A stretch of 64,000 nucleotides of DNA, from assembly GCA_965153285.1 (NCBI GenBank), contig OZ229117.1. One strand, given 5' to 3'. Both the position numbers and the translations under genes were made by a program. The stretch comes from Podarcis tiliguerta. Lineage: Eukaryota. Numbering within the stretch: position 1 is the first letter of the stretch; every line of letters starts with the position of its first letter. Shown here in pieces: positions 23,776 to 34,935 of the stretch. Below the pieces are notes generated by a model. The model saw only the letters and a program-made list of their open reading frames with translations, did no database searches and was not told where the DNA came from.

Positions 23776-24832
23776 ATCTGGAGTGCCAGCGGTTCTCCGC
23801 CTTTGCCTTAAAACACTCTGACCTCATTGGCTGGCTTACATGCAGATTGGAACATATTTCTCCAAAATCTGTGGTGCAGCTTTGGTGGGAAAACATGTAT
23901 AGAATTGTAGAGTTGGAAGTGATCCTGGGGTCATCTAGTTCAACCCCCTGCAATGCAGGAATCTCCATTCAGGCATATGTACCAATGTGCAATTTCTGGG
24001 GAATAAAAAAATGCATATTTTAGGGAATATGTCTTTAAAAACCTGCATATTTTAGAGGAAGAACTTGTGGAAAATTAGATATTGGGGGTTGTTCGTTGGA
24101 AACAAGATGGACTACATCTGTGTCTGAGCATGTGCTAAACTGACACAGAATGGAAAGAAGCTGATCTGCACTACCAAGACCAACTGAACGTAAGTGAGTG
24201 GATATGCATAAATCTGGATTAATAAGCAAGGCTCTGGGGTGCAAGGGGCTGCATTGTTGAAGTGACATGACTTTTGTTTCCTCACCAATCCTGGAAAATG
24301 TTGGGAGCTTTTTAGTCTTTTAAGTGAAACTGAGGCTTTTGAAGCCCATGGCGGTCAGATGCCTGCTTCCGTTCCCACTACCTTTTCCAGTTCTTCCTGG
24401 TGTAAACGTTTTTACAAAGGTGGCTGGCAATGCAGAACATCCGCTTCTTTCCTTGCCTGGGTTCTTGCGGGGTAAGCAGATGAGCAAATCCTCCTGCTTC
24501 TGATCCCCTCTTTGCTGCATCTTCCCTTTGGGGTAACTTCACAACGGGGGAAGCTCAGAGCACATTAAACGGCTTACAGCATCTTAACCAGCCGTTAAGC
24601 GATTAAAAGCCCATGTAAAACACTTTGCTTGGCGGCTTAGGCCGGGTTCATGCATGCAAAGGGATGAGGTGGTAGAGGCCTGTGGCGGATAGAATGGACT
24701 GTACCACTTCAGACTACAGGCGGAGAATCATATTTTTAAATGCACCCCAGCAGTTTTCTTTTAAATCACTACTAGTAGAAAAAGAATGGTTTAGCAAGGG
24801 ATAAGGTAGGATAGCATCTTTCCCCTGGTGTG

Positions 24833-24872
24833 CTTTTCTTTTCTTTTCTTTTCTTTTCTTTTCTTTTCTTTT
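24833..24872. repeat. (CTTTT)n microsatellite
   Basis: Direct reading. Confidence 0.95.
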
Positions 24873-25227
24873 CCTTCTCTTTCCATGCAAAAATATTGGG
24901 GTGGTGCACCAAAAACACATACAAACACACACACAAACACACAAACACACACAAAAACCAAGACCCGAACACCAAATTTAAAACACTAAAAGTACATGAA
25001 ATCCATCTGTACAACCAATACTGGTGTTCTCTGTAAACACGAGTCTTCAAAAATTGCATTTTGCACCTATGTTCCAAAACAATCCAGTCTTCTTTACTGC
25101 TTTGCTCTGCTGCCCTAAATGTAGTTTACGTATTCAGAAGAACTGAGTGGTAAAAGTTTTTCCTGCTCCGAAGGCAAAATATTGAATGTCTGAATACAAG
25201 AAGGGCCCAGTAGCATCAGGGTACAGT

Positions 25228-25510
25228 GTTGTTGTTGTTGCTGTTTAATCATTTAGTCGTGTCCGACTCTTCATGACTCCATGGACCAGAGCACGCCAGG
25301 CACTCCTGTCTTCCACTGCCTCCCGCAGTTTGGTTAGACTCATGTTTGTAGCTTCCAGAACACTGTCCAACCATCTCATCCTCTGTCGTCCCCTTCTCCT
25401 TGTGCCCTCAATCTTTCCCAGCATCAGGGTCTTTTCCAGGGAGTCTTCTCTTCTCATGAGGTGGCCAAAGTATTGGAGCCTCAGCTTCACGATCTGTCCT
25501 TCCAGTGAGC
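25228..25510 (-). mobile_element. BovB (RTE) LINE, 5'-truncated 3' end
   Basis: The ORF KLRLQYFGHLMRREDSLEKTLMLGKIEGTRRRGRQRMRWLDSV...WRALVHGVMKSRTRLND is the canonical BovB C-terminus. It has a (CAA)n tail and a perfect 12-bp TSD TCAGGGTACAGT (25216-25227, 25511-25522). Confidence 0.95.
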
Positions 25511-26799
25511 TCAGGGTACAGTAGGGTAGGGAATATCTATATCTCAGGGAACCTCAGCGTCTTACTCATTTGGTGGTGGTGGTGGTGGTTGTTGTTGTTG
25601 TTGTTACTAGCCACCCGCTGGCTTCTGGATTTCCCCCAAAGCACTGTTGCAGGTTTTCAAACTCTCCCCTGCACCCCTGAGGACTAGACACTTGTGTTGG
25701 AAAAAATGGTTGAATGCTTGTGACTGAGCAGATTTGAGGTGACCCAGTTACATTAACCTTGGAGAGGTGAAGGAAACAAATAACAGGCATTGAGAGGCAA
25801 AGCTTGATGCTGCTTCCCTGCTGAGGGTGATGGGTCTTGCAGTCTCAATATGGGACCTTCTCAGCATTTGCCCCAGCTGTTTGTCTCCAGTTAAACATTA
25901 GGAAGAACTTTCTGACAGTGGGGTTGAATACCTTTTTTTAAAAAACAGAAGTTGGATGTCCATTTGTCAGGGATTCTTTAGCCGAGATTCCTGCATTGCA
26001 GGGGGTTGGACTAGATGAGCCTTGTGATTCCTTCCAGCTCTCTGTTTCTATGTCTTTGATTCCATGATTCCTTACCCTCTCCAAGGAGGCAGGCCCCTGG
26101 AGCATCAGTGAGCATTTGACTCAGGTGCACAGAAAGGCACAGCCTTTTCCAGGTCTAACTTTGGGATGCAGCAAATTCTTCTGCAGCCTCTGATGGGAAT
26201 TACTCTTGCCCCGCCTTTCACACAGCTGGAGCTCCTTTTGCAAAGTGGCTTTTTAATCATTTGGAAACATTTCAGGCAACCCTTCCTCCTTTACTCCCCC
26301 TCTGCCCCCCTCCCCCGACTTGTGCTTTTGTGCTGATCATCCCTGTGGGCGCCTGGGGCGAGTTTCTCAAGTGGACGACCATGATAATTTCTTAACAGGG
26401 TGACCAAGAACAGAATATTATCTCGTTACAGTTCACGGCGTCTCCTCGTAAAAATAGAACCAGTAAAAAGCATGGCTTGTACTGCCTGTTTATGAGCTTG
26501 TACTTTGGCCGTGTCCTCCATCAGGCAGGACGTCTCTCAGAGGCGGCCATCGTCACCCTGGGAGGAAGGGGAGCGGGCAGGAGGGGCAGAGAAGAGGCAG
26601 CACAGCCCTGAAAATGGAAAAATTCTGAGAAGGGCAGATTTCAAAGGATTGCTGTGTTTCTGTTATGTTTCGGACGGTTTTGCTTTAAAATGTGATCCAA
26701 ACCAAATTTCTCCCCCAGTGATGGCACAGGCTTTTCTGGCTGTTTTGGAAACAGTGACAGGTGAACTCTTTATGGCCTCCTCCCCACCTCACCTAATTA

Positions 26800-27025
26800 C
26801 AGTGGTACCTCGGGTTAAGTACTTAATTTGTTCTGGAGGTCCGTACTTAACCTGAAACTGTTCTTAACCTGAAGCACCACTTTAGCTAATGGGGCCTCCC
26901 GCTGCTGCCACACCGCCAGAGCGCGATTTCTGTTCTCATCCTGAAGCAAAGTTCTTAACCTGAAGCACTATTTCTGGGTTAGTGGAGTCTGTAACCTGAA
27001 GCGTATGTAACCCGAGGTACCACTG
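26800..27025. mobile_element. Tc1/mariner (pogo/Tigger-like) MITE, 226 bp
   Basis: TIRs CAGTGGTACCTCGGGTTA / TAACCCGAGGTACCACTG with TA on both sides. Confidence 0.9.
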
Positions 27026-27749
27026 TACTAGCATCGTGCTTTTGAGCTTACTTGAGTGAGGCGGAAGGTTGCAGGAATATCCTTTTGCCTTCAAGGATGC
27101 AGGAGTATCATTTTGCTGGGTTTAAAAAAGGGAATCAGGCCCCTTTGAACATTTGCCTTAAAATATTGAAGCCCCTCAAAGGGAAGGATTGATGTCTGAC
27201 TTACTGATCAAAGGGCAGATTCTGTTTATGCTGGCTGGCCAGGAAGCTTCTTTGAGGTGCAAACTTGAAAGGCGGTTGCTGAAAGCCACCCATGGGTGGC
27301 CATGACTTCCGGCCCTCATCTTCTAGTTTTGGCTCCTGAAGGTGGGGGCTGAAAGTGGATAACCACGACCTTCATTCTCCACACTCTTACTAATTTTATT
27401 GTGTGGAAAAGACTCTGGGGAGGAGCAGTCCAAGTAGGGACTGGGAAGGTGGGAACCATCAGGCACCGCCAGAGCAATGCAGATCTGTAGCAAGATAATT
27501 TTATCTGTTCAAGATAATTATTAGCTAGTTATGACTGAGCATAGTTTAAAAGTCCCTGCCCTGCTTATGATGAAGTGCTAACAAAGAAATCCCCTCTCCC
27601 CCAGCCCTGCTGCTCTCTCAACCACTTACGGGTTTTGAAGGAAGTAAAGCTCATCTAATTCTGTAATTTTTCATAGAGCCAGGTTCATAGACAGGTTTTG
27701 ATGAGACTAGCTCAGTTTCTCCAGTGTTTTTGCACGTGCCTGGATTAAG

Positions 27750-28012
27750 AACGGATGGATCTGTCAATTTCATTTTCCTTGAGTTTCTTGTTTTTTCCAG
27801 TCTTCAGTACAGTTCCTCACATAATCTTCAAACAAGCTGTCAACACTTTAGACCACATTTCTTCTAATTTTTGTATGCAATATTGCCTAAAATGCACACT
27901 TTTTGCCATATTCTCTCTTTGCAAGATTTGGAGAAGTGTGAATTTCAGAGGGTAGCTGCATTTTAGGCCAACTTTCATTAAAAGGGGAACCAAACGGACA
28001 TTCTCTCACTTG
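27750..28012 (-). mobile_element. AT-rich non-autonomous DNA element (TAGGGATG-type family), reverse copy
   Basis: gatggatctgtcaatttc...gaagtgtgaatttc; reverse of the copies at 50410, 55256 and 58435. Confidence 0.55.
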
Positions 28013-28359
28013 CCCACTGAATTTTGCCAGTTTAGGAGAAACTTGCCTTGCCTTCTTGGATGTCACATTTGAGGAATTTCAGTGGAAGAGTAAAACAGTT
28101 TTTACAAGTCAAACACAATTCACCTGAAGGCTTCTGGGCAGCTCTAACATTTGGGTTGTATCTACCCTTTCAAGCAGGGGCAAAGTACCTCTGTTTTGCA
28201 GTGCCCACCCTGAGAACGCAATGGGGAGTCAGCTACTTCTGTGGGTCCACCTGTACCAAGAAGAAGTATTTTACTGCTAGAGTTCGTGAGGGCAGGTGAC
28301 GCTGCACACACACACACGAACTTAACTGGTAAGGTGAGGCAGCATCACTTGCATCAGTG

Positions 28360-28377
28360 TGACACAAGGGGGCGCTG
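28360..28377 (+). promoter_or_regulatory. CTCF-binding motif
   Basis: TGACACAAGGGGGCGCTG closely matches the CTCF core (TGGCCACCAGGGGGCGCTA) and retains its CpG. Confidence 0.55.
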
Positions 28378-29172
28378 TGCTGCAGACTTTGATGAAACAA
28401 TTAATGACTGCTTTCTTTGACTTTTTGAATTTAAAGAATTCACAGAACCGCTGCCGTATTGAAAGCAGTTAACTTTCCCAATTGCTTTTGCACCTTCAGC
28501 TTTTGTTTTGTTCCTTTTGTTATGAGTTTGCTCCTGCCTCCTGCTTCAGAGCCAGCTAGAAGCTTCCTGCATGTCTGTCCTCGCCAACTTGGTGCTTTCC
28601 AGATGCTTTGGACCACAACTTCCATCTGCCTCAGCCACCATGAGAACTGTAGCCCAAAACATATGGAAAGCACCAGAATTGGGAAAGTGTGATGCATCTC
28701 CTCTTGCCAATTCTGACTATGATCTGGACAGAAATCTCATGGTGAAAGCCATTCAGGTATGGATGTTTTTACCTGTTAGGACTCTTTTGAAGCAGGCATG
28801 TGGAGAAGGGTCAGACTGCATGCAGAAGGTCTCAGGTTCCATCACCTGGGAGGGCCAAGAAAGACCCTCTTCTGAGGTCCTGCAGAGCCTATCGCGTTCA
28901 GTGCAGAGTTGCAGACAATGCTGAGCAATACAAGGGAAATTCCTCTGCAGTAAAACAAAATACCATCTTCATATCTGTTTTGGGAAAGGGCTGTAGGGGA
29001 CATGCTTTGCATGTAGATGACCCCTGGGTTCAGTGTTGACTACGCTGAGCTAGATCAGGGTGGTGGACCATTTCTCATGGAGAGTTCACTCTTGGCTGTT
29101 TGTCAGTGGGGATGTGGTCACCTCCTTCTCTCTCTCTCTCTCTGTCTCCTGCTCACACAGCTCTCTCTTCAG

Positions 29173-29645
29173 CTGTGGGGTAGGAGATAGCCAGGAGACG
29201 AGGCCCCTCTTCCTCTCCTCCACAGGGGAAAGCACGCAGTTGAGCGCTCCAGTGATTCTCAAGCGACAGTAGTGATTGCTGAGCACGCTTAGGAGAAAGC
29301 AGAGCGCTTGGCCGCCTACTTCCACATCAGCACCCCCATCTGCTCGGATGTTTCCTGAGCACCAACGACAATAACCAAGCACTCAGGGAAGACTGGAGCG
29401 CAGCAGCTCAGCTGCTCCTTGGAGTTCGCCGCTGCCACCAATGACTTCCACTCCGATGGTCTCGGGGAAGGCGAGGGGAGGGGATTCCACCCCCCCACAC
29501 TTCAGCAGCCACTGGCTACTGCACAGATGGTGCTTTTCAATGATTTTATTATTCTAGCACTGAAAGGAAATGTGGTAGGGGGCTGGCAGGCCACTGGAAA
29601 TGGCTTGGGGGGGGCACAAGAAATCCCCCAGCCTTGAGTGAGATG
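29173..29645 (+). other. Candidate ADGRB2 5' exon (acceptor uncertain: 29173, 29226 or 29558)
   Basis: Unique, CpG-retaining sequence after a long CT tract with AG. The donor gagATG|GTGAGT at 29645/29646 would join in frame to GGC AAA (M|GKCHRM). Confidence 0.35.
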
Positions 29646-30970
29646 GTGAGTGGCCTGACTGTATGAAGCACCTTCTCGTGTCCCTTCTGCTTCATTGTCT
29701 TACTTGGTGACTGCACAGCCAGTGTGTGGACTCATCCTATTGGCAAGTGGGGTGCCTGAGAGGCAGCCTATAAATGCTGTCTGTGGCATTATAATCTGTG
29801 CTGGACCATTCACATAAACCAGCCTTTGATGCTGAAGTTGCCAATGGCATGCGATCACCAGCCCTTAGTGGCTGGCAGCTGAATGTGTGAATGGATTTCC
29901 ATTTTTTTAAGACAAAGCATGGGCATTCTCTGGATGGGAGGCTTGGCCCACAAAGGTATATCAACCACCGAATTTATCATCCCTTGACGACTCATGGCTG
30001 AATGTGTGAATGGAGTGCAACTCCACTGCAATGCCTCAAGGCAATGTGAGGAGATAGGAAAGTTTCAGCTGTGGCAAAATAGGAAGGCATTGATTTCCAT
30101 TCCATCCATCTGCGTCACGGGCAGTGCTGTTTCTGTTCTGCTGCAATTTGGCTTCATCTTGCTGTCTTCTATGGCAGAATTTGCATAATTACATTATCCG
30201 TATGTTATTCCACAGCATTTCAAGTCAAAGGCCATTCATTTCATAGCAAAGGAAAAGCAGTACAAATGGAGGGGAAACACCATCAATCAGAAGGTGGTGG
30301 ACTTCTTTGAAGGTTTTAAAGCAGAGGTTGGATGGCCGTCTGCCATGGATGCTTTAGCTGAGATTCCTGCAATGCAGGGGGTTGGACTAGATGACCCTTG
30401 GGTCCCTTCCAACTCTACAATTCTATTATTTTAATTATGCTTCATTTGCCAAAGCAAAGCAGCAACAGCAGCATATACTGATCATACTTGCTGAATTAAT
30501 TTCCATTCTGGACATGGGACAAATAAGTGGCCACCCCCAATTTTCACTCTTGTTTTCACTTGCATTGGAATTATTTGACATCCCTAATTGTTCATAGTAG
30601 CATTTATCATTTTGATGACTTTTCTCACTTGCAAGGCATCCTCGTTGAAGGGTGGAGGAGGCAGTCTTCCTGGGGGAGGCAGTCTCAGTTTTTGCCCAGG
30701 ACTTACTTTTTCTATGAAATGGTGACTCTGAAGGGATTGGATGACTCTAACTGTGAAATGGCAGCAATGAAGACCTGGTGAAAGCACCACCCCTTTCTTT
30801 CACAGCTGGGACAAGGGCCAGCTATTTGCTGCTCAGCAGAAAGGTGGGATAAAATTTAATAAGAATAGTAATGTCCTTTCATGGGGTGCCTGCCAAATAA
30901 GCAAGCTTTTCCTTTTTAGACAGAAACCACCAAATAATCTAAGTGGAGGAAGGTATAGGTGACATAGTAT

Positions 30971-31124
30971 AATAGAATCATAGAACTGTAGAGCTGAAAG
31001 GGACCCTGAGGATCGTCTAGTCCAACCCCGTGCAATGCAGGAATATGCAGTTGTCCCATACACGAACTGAACCTATAACCTTGGTGTTGCCAGCTTCATG
31101 CTCTAACCATCTGAGCTATCCAGG
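30971..31124 (-). mobile_element. SINE with tRNA-like head and CR1-derived tail
   Basis: Minus strand reads ggatagctcagatggttagagca...ggttcagttc, then cctgcattgcacggggttggactagacgatcc...ttctatgattcta. Confidence 0.7.
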
Positions 31125-31559
31125 CTGTAGGCATCTATGGTTAAGGGTTAAGCTGCCACTATTTTATTTTAGCAAATGCCTACCATTATGACCTACCAAA
31201 AGATCACAAAAGTGTGAGCAAGCTTTTGATTCCACCAGGGGTCTTTCTCAGGCTGGATGTTGAGCAAAATGTGTAGGTGAGAGCCAGCAAGAAGCTGCCT
31301 TAGTACACTCCTGCCATCATCTCTGCCCTGTTCAAACTCTGATTTCTGTTTCTTAGAAGCGACTGGGAGGGGGTGCGTGTTGTTGTCACAAAGAGGGTCT
31401 GCACTTCAGAACTTATCCGCTCCGCCACTGCCTCTGAAGCCTGGGAGCGGCCTTTCATAGGATGTCCCCACCTGACCCGCCACTTTGCTGTGCAGCTCAC
31501 AGCTGTTGTGGGTGCAAGGGAGGGTGTGTGTGATGGAGAAAGCTTCCCCTGCGGAGGGC

Positions 31560-31878
31560 AGCTGAGTCTTTAATGGAGGCTTTAAAAATATCAACAGGAA
31601 ATTAGTCCCTGGCACCCCCCTCCTGCTCTTTCTTGTCAGCCGGCTCTCCATTATCGCAACAAAACAGTCGCCTTTTTTCTGAAAGCTGCGCTGGGCTGGG
31701 ATCTCTCTCCGCCTCGCAGTAGTTGTTTGCCTCTGGCTTTGAGAGCTGATGGGGGATTAATAGGAGGGGGATGCTGTGGGGAGCAAGACGGAGGGGTGCT
31801 TGCCTTCAGCCCTTGGCGGGTTCATGCAGAGAGGGCTTACGTGCCTGTCTCGGAGCGACTGCACCATTTGGCGGCCTG

Positions 31879-31911
<33 letters not shown>

Positions 31912-31949
31912 GGGCAAACGGGAAGGGAGATTGAGAGCTTTGCATCAAG
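31560..31949 (+). promoter_or_regulatory. Candidate alternative promoter / first exon (weak CpG cluster)
   Basis: Local CpG enrichment, a (GT)n tract and no TEs. Donor AAG|GTAATT at 31949/31950. Confidence 0.35.
31881..31909. repeat. (GT)n microsatellite
   Basis: Direct reading. Confidence 0.95.
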
Positions 31950-32154
31950 GTAATTGAGCTTCCGTGCCGGGAGAACTGGGATTCTGTAGAACTCCGAAAC
32001 CGCTGTTCAGCTTGGCATGATGTCTCTTATTTTGCATAATGTCCGGTTTCTGCCATTTCAATATAATAATGATTACTCTTTATTATTCTGCTCTTCTGCT
32101 TAATGTACCCGGAGTGACACACAGCCATATAACCAACAATGTTTCTCTTCCTAG

Positions 32155-32259
32155 ATTTGAGCATGACTTTGTTGTGAGACTCTCTTTCGTAAGCTACTTT
32201 GCGAACCTCTCAGGGCCTTAAAGCAGGACCTGAGTATACTGGATGGATAACTGGTGTTG
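32155..32259 (+). other. Candidate 5'UTR exon (donor uncertain: 32188, 32259, 32283 or 32330)
   Basis: Acceptor tttctcttcctag at 32154, followed by unique sequence with several GT donors. Confidence 0.3.
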
Positions 32260-33788
32260 GTAAAATACTGTCACAGATCCAGGGTAACAGAGTTTGGGGG
32301 TGCACCCATAACTACATTAATTAATACATGGTAGAATTTTGATAATATGTGGAGTACTGAAGGGAAGACGCCAGGGCTGGTCTGAGACAGTAGTTGATAA
32401 GAATGACAAGTCATTAATGGAAGCAAGGCATTAACCCATCAATGAAAACCATGATGGGGGCTGTGGCTATAGGGAAAAGGTGTCATTTTACACAAGGCTT
32501 TGATTTTTTCTGGCAAGGGTCTTTGGGAAGGAAAAGGGTGGAGCCACAACTCAAGGCAGAGGCCATGCAGGGCAGAACCATCATGGCAGGTTGGGACAGA
32601 GGCACTAAGAAGTTGTGCAGGATGCCTTGGACTCCAATGTTGCACTGCTATGGGGAACAAGCCCCTCTTGAGATGTAATGCTCTGAACTCTCTCCAGTGC
32701 ACACCTAGGTGTAAGTATGTGTACAAGAAACCATACTTCTTAAAGACACTACTCTCCACTGTGCCTTGATTTCCCATAGGAAACAGAACCCTAGGTGAGC
32801 ACCTGGAACCATTGGGATCTCATGCAGCTATTTGGTGGAGATTGGGGTGGGATGCAGCACTAATTATCCTGTTTTGGGGGACAGGCCAGAGCCCCATCAG
32901 GCCACCAGAAATCTCAGCTGACCTTTCTCTCTTCCACCTGAAAGATTAGCTGGCAAAGAATCACAGAATTGTAGAGTTGGAAGGGAACCAAAGGGCCATC
33001 TAGTCCAACCTTTGCAATGTGGGAATCACAGGATTGCCCCCACTCATTTTCCCTGCTTTTTAAAAGGGTTCTGATTTTTAGGGAGCTGAATTTTGTATCA
33101 GGGCCACTTTCTGTTCACAGAATCCTGGCCCATGCACAGCCCTAATTGTAGTGGCAAGGGATCCTCAAAGCCCATGTTGCAGCCAAGATGCTTACGAACC
33201 TCCAGCCACCAAGCCTTCCTCCTTGGTGATGCCTGTGTTGCTTTACTCAAGGCACCTTCCTCCTGCACCTTTTCCTGTGCAGTGTGCTGCTGTCTATCAG
33301 TATTCTGAGCCTTGCATTGCATCCCTCCCTGGGCAGGTATAAGGGGATTGTTCCTTGTGATCCAGGCTGTGTCAGATGCCTTTTGCCTCATGCAGTCCCC
33401 AGAGTTCCGTTGCTCCAGACATCAAAGGCAAAGGGGATCAAGGAATGTCATGGCTGCAAATGCAGGCATAGGTGACATTTTGGCATTGGACCAGATTGTG
33501 CCTTGCGCCCATCCTGGGGGAGTGGCCTGTTGATTCCCTGGGTCCCCTGAGGGAATAGGCACAAATGGGACTCAACAAGAGAGTGCACGAACCCTGGCTT
33601 TAGCCTTTGTTGCAGACAAAACAACAAACATTACATTCACTATAATATCAAGTGCAGTAGTGTATAAATGAAGCAAACAGCACCAAATTCATCAAAATAA
33701 TACAATTCAATAATTGGAGTCCCTGGGGTGATACAGTATCTGAAGTTGTCTCAAAACACAGTGTACAGTAACTGGACAATTCAGATAC

Positions 33789-33817
33789 TTCAGCACCACC
33801 TAGCCTGGACAGCTGCC
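33789..33817 (+). promoter_or_regulatory. Non-canonical RE1/NRSE (REST) motif with 9-bp linker
   Basis: TTCAGCACC + acctagcct + GGACAGCTGCC, i.e. both RE1 half-sites in the correct order. Confidence 0.55.
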
Positions 33818-34363
33818 CAACCTCTGGAGAGCATCATGTCAGCCACCCCGGTGTAGGTTTTAGTCTCAGCTGGTTAGGAGGAGGCAAATAATGGCAAGGG
33901 AGTAAAGGGGAGGCGCTGGATCCCTTACCCTTGTGGCTTTCTCTAGATCAGCACACTGACCTACTTGCTCTCGCTTCCAGTTCTCAGGATTGTCTGGGGG
34001 AGCTGTGTGTGTGCAACCAGTTGCTGCCTAATGGTCCCATGCGTGTGCTCTGATGGAATCCTGCCATTAAAATAAATAAATTCTAGAGGTAGTGCCAAGC
34101 ATTTCATGCCAGATGTTCCCTGAGCCTCGGATAAAGGCTTGCAACTCCTTCACACAGTCCTGTTATCTGACACAAGTTGAGCTTTTTGCACTGGGGTCAA
34201 CAGCTCTCTTAATATCTGGCTCCTGCTGCAGCTGCACCGCTAATGGGTCTGTCGCTCAGGTGAGAGCTGCTGAGAGAGATCTGGGCATCCTTCCGGCATT
34301 CCGGGTCATTGGGAGGAAAGTGTGGAATGAGGCAGCTGCTTGCGCCTGGGGCAGGCTGACCTG

Positions 34364-34364
<1 letters not shown>

Positions 34365-34403
<39 letters not shown>
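34365..34403. repeat. (CT)n microsatellite
   Basis: Direct reading. Confidence 0.95.
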
Positions 34404-34406
<3 letters not shown>

Positions 34407-34724
34407 GCCTTGACTGTCTTCTGCAGCTACAGAAGGACTGTCAAATCCTCCTCCCTCTGGTTGGCAAAGGGACCCTGGGATTCTGCAGAGGGGAAACCAG
34501 AAGACCTGAATTCTGTGCTCGAAACAAGTGATGTAAATTCGCATCTCATGATTTACATCATTGCATAATTTGTGGGGAGTGTGTGAGGAGGAATTGCACA
34601 ATTCAGAATGTAGTGTTCAGTGTTGTGTGTGTTGCAGTGAAGAAGGATTTTAAAAGCCTATTTGGGATGAAGGAACATGCAGAGACAGAGAACCATGCGA
34701 GAAGGAGCTATGAGGAGTGGGCTG

Positions 34725-34935
34725 AGCTAGTGTGGCATAATGGTTAGAGAACTGGGCTAGGATTTTGGATGCCAGAGTTCAAATCCCTAGTCAGCCATGA
34801 AACTCACTGGGTGACTTGGACCCAGCCACCGTCTCTCAACCTAACCTACCTCACAGGGTTGTTGTGAGGGCAAAATGAAGAATGGGAGGGAGGAGAAACA
34901 TGTATGCCAACTTGAGCAGCTCCAGAGAGGACCCT
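34725..34935 (+). mobile_element. tRNA-derived SINE (MIR/Squam-like)
   Basis: gtgtggcataatggttagag...gagttcaaatccc...ctcaacctaacctacctcacagggttgttgtgagg. Confidence 0.7.

Noticed and set aside
29326-29375. RE1-like half sites (ATCAGCACC, CTGAGCACC-aa-CGACAA)
   Set aside because: The right half-site is missing or too degenerate.
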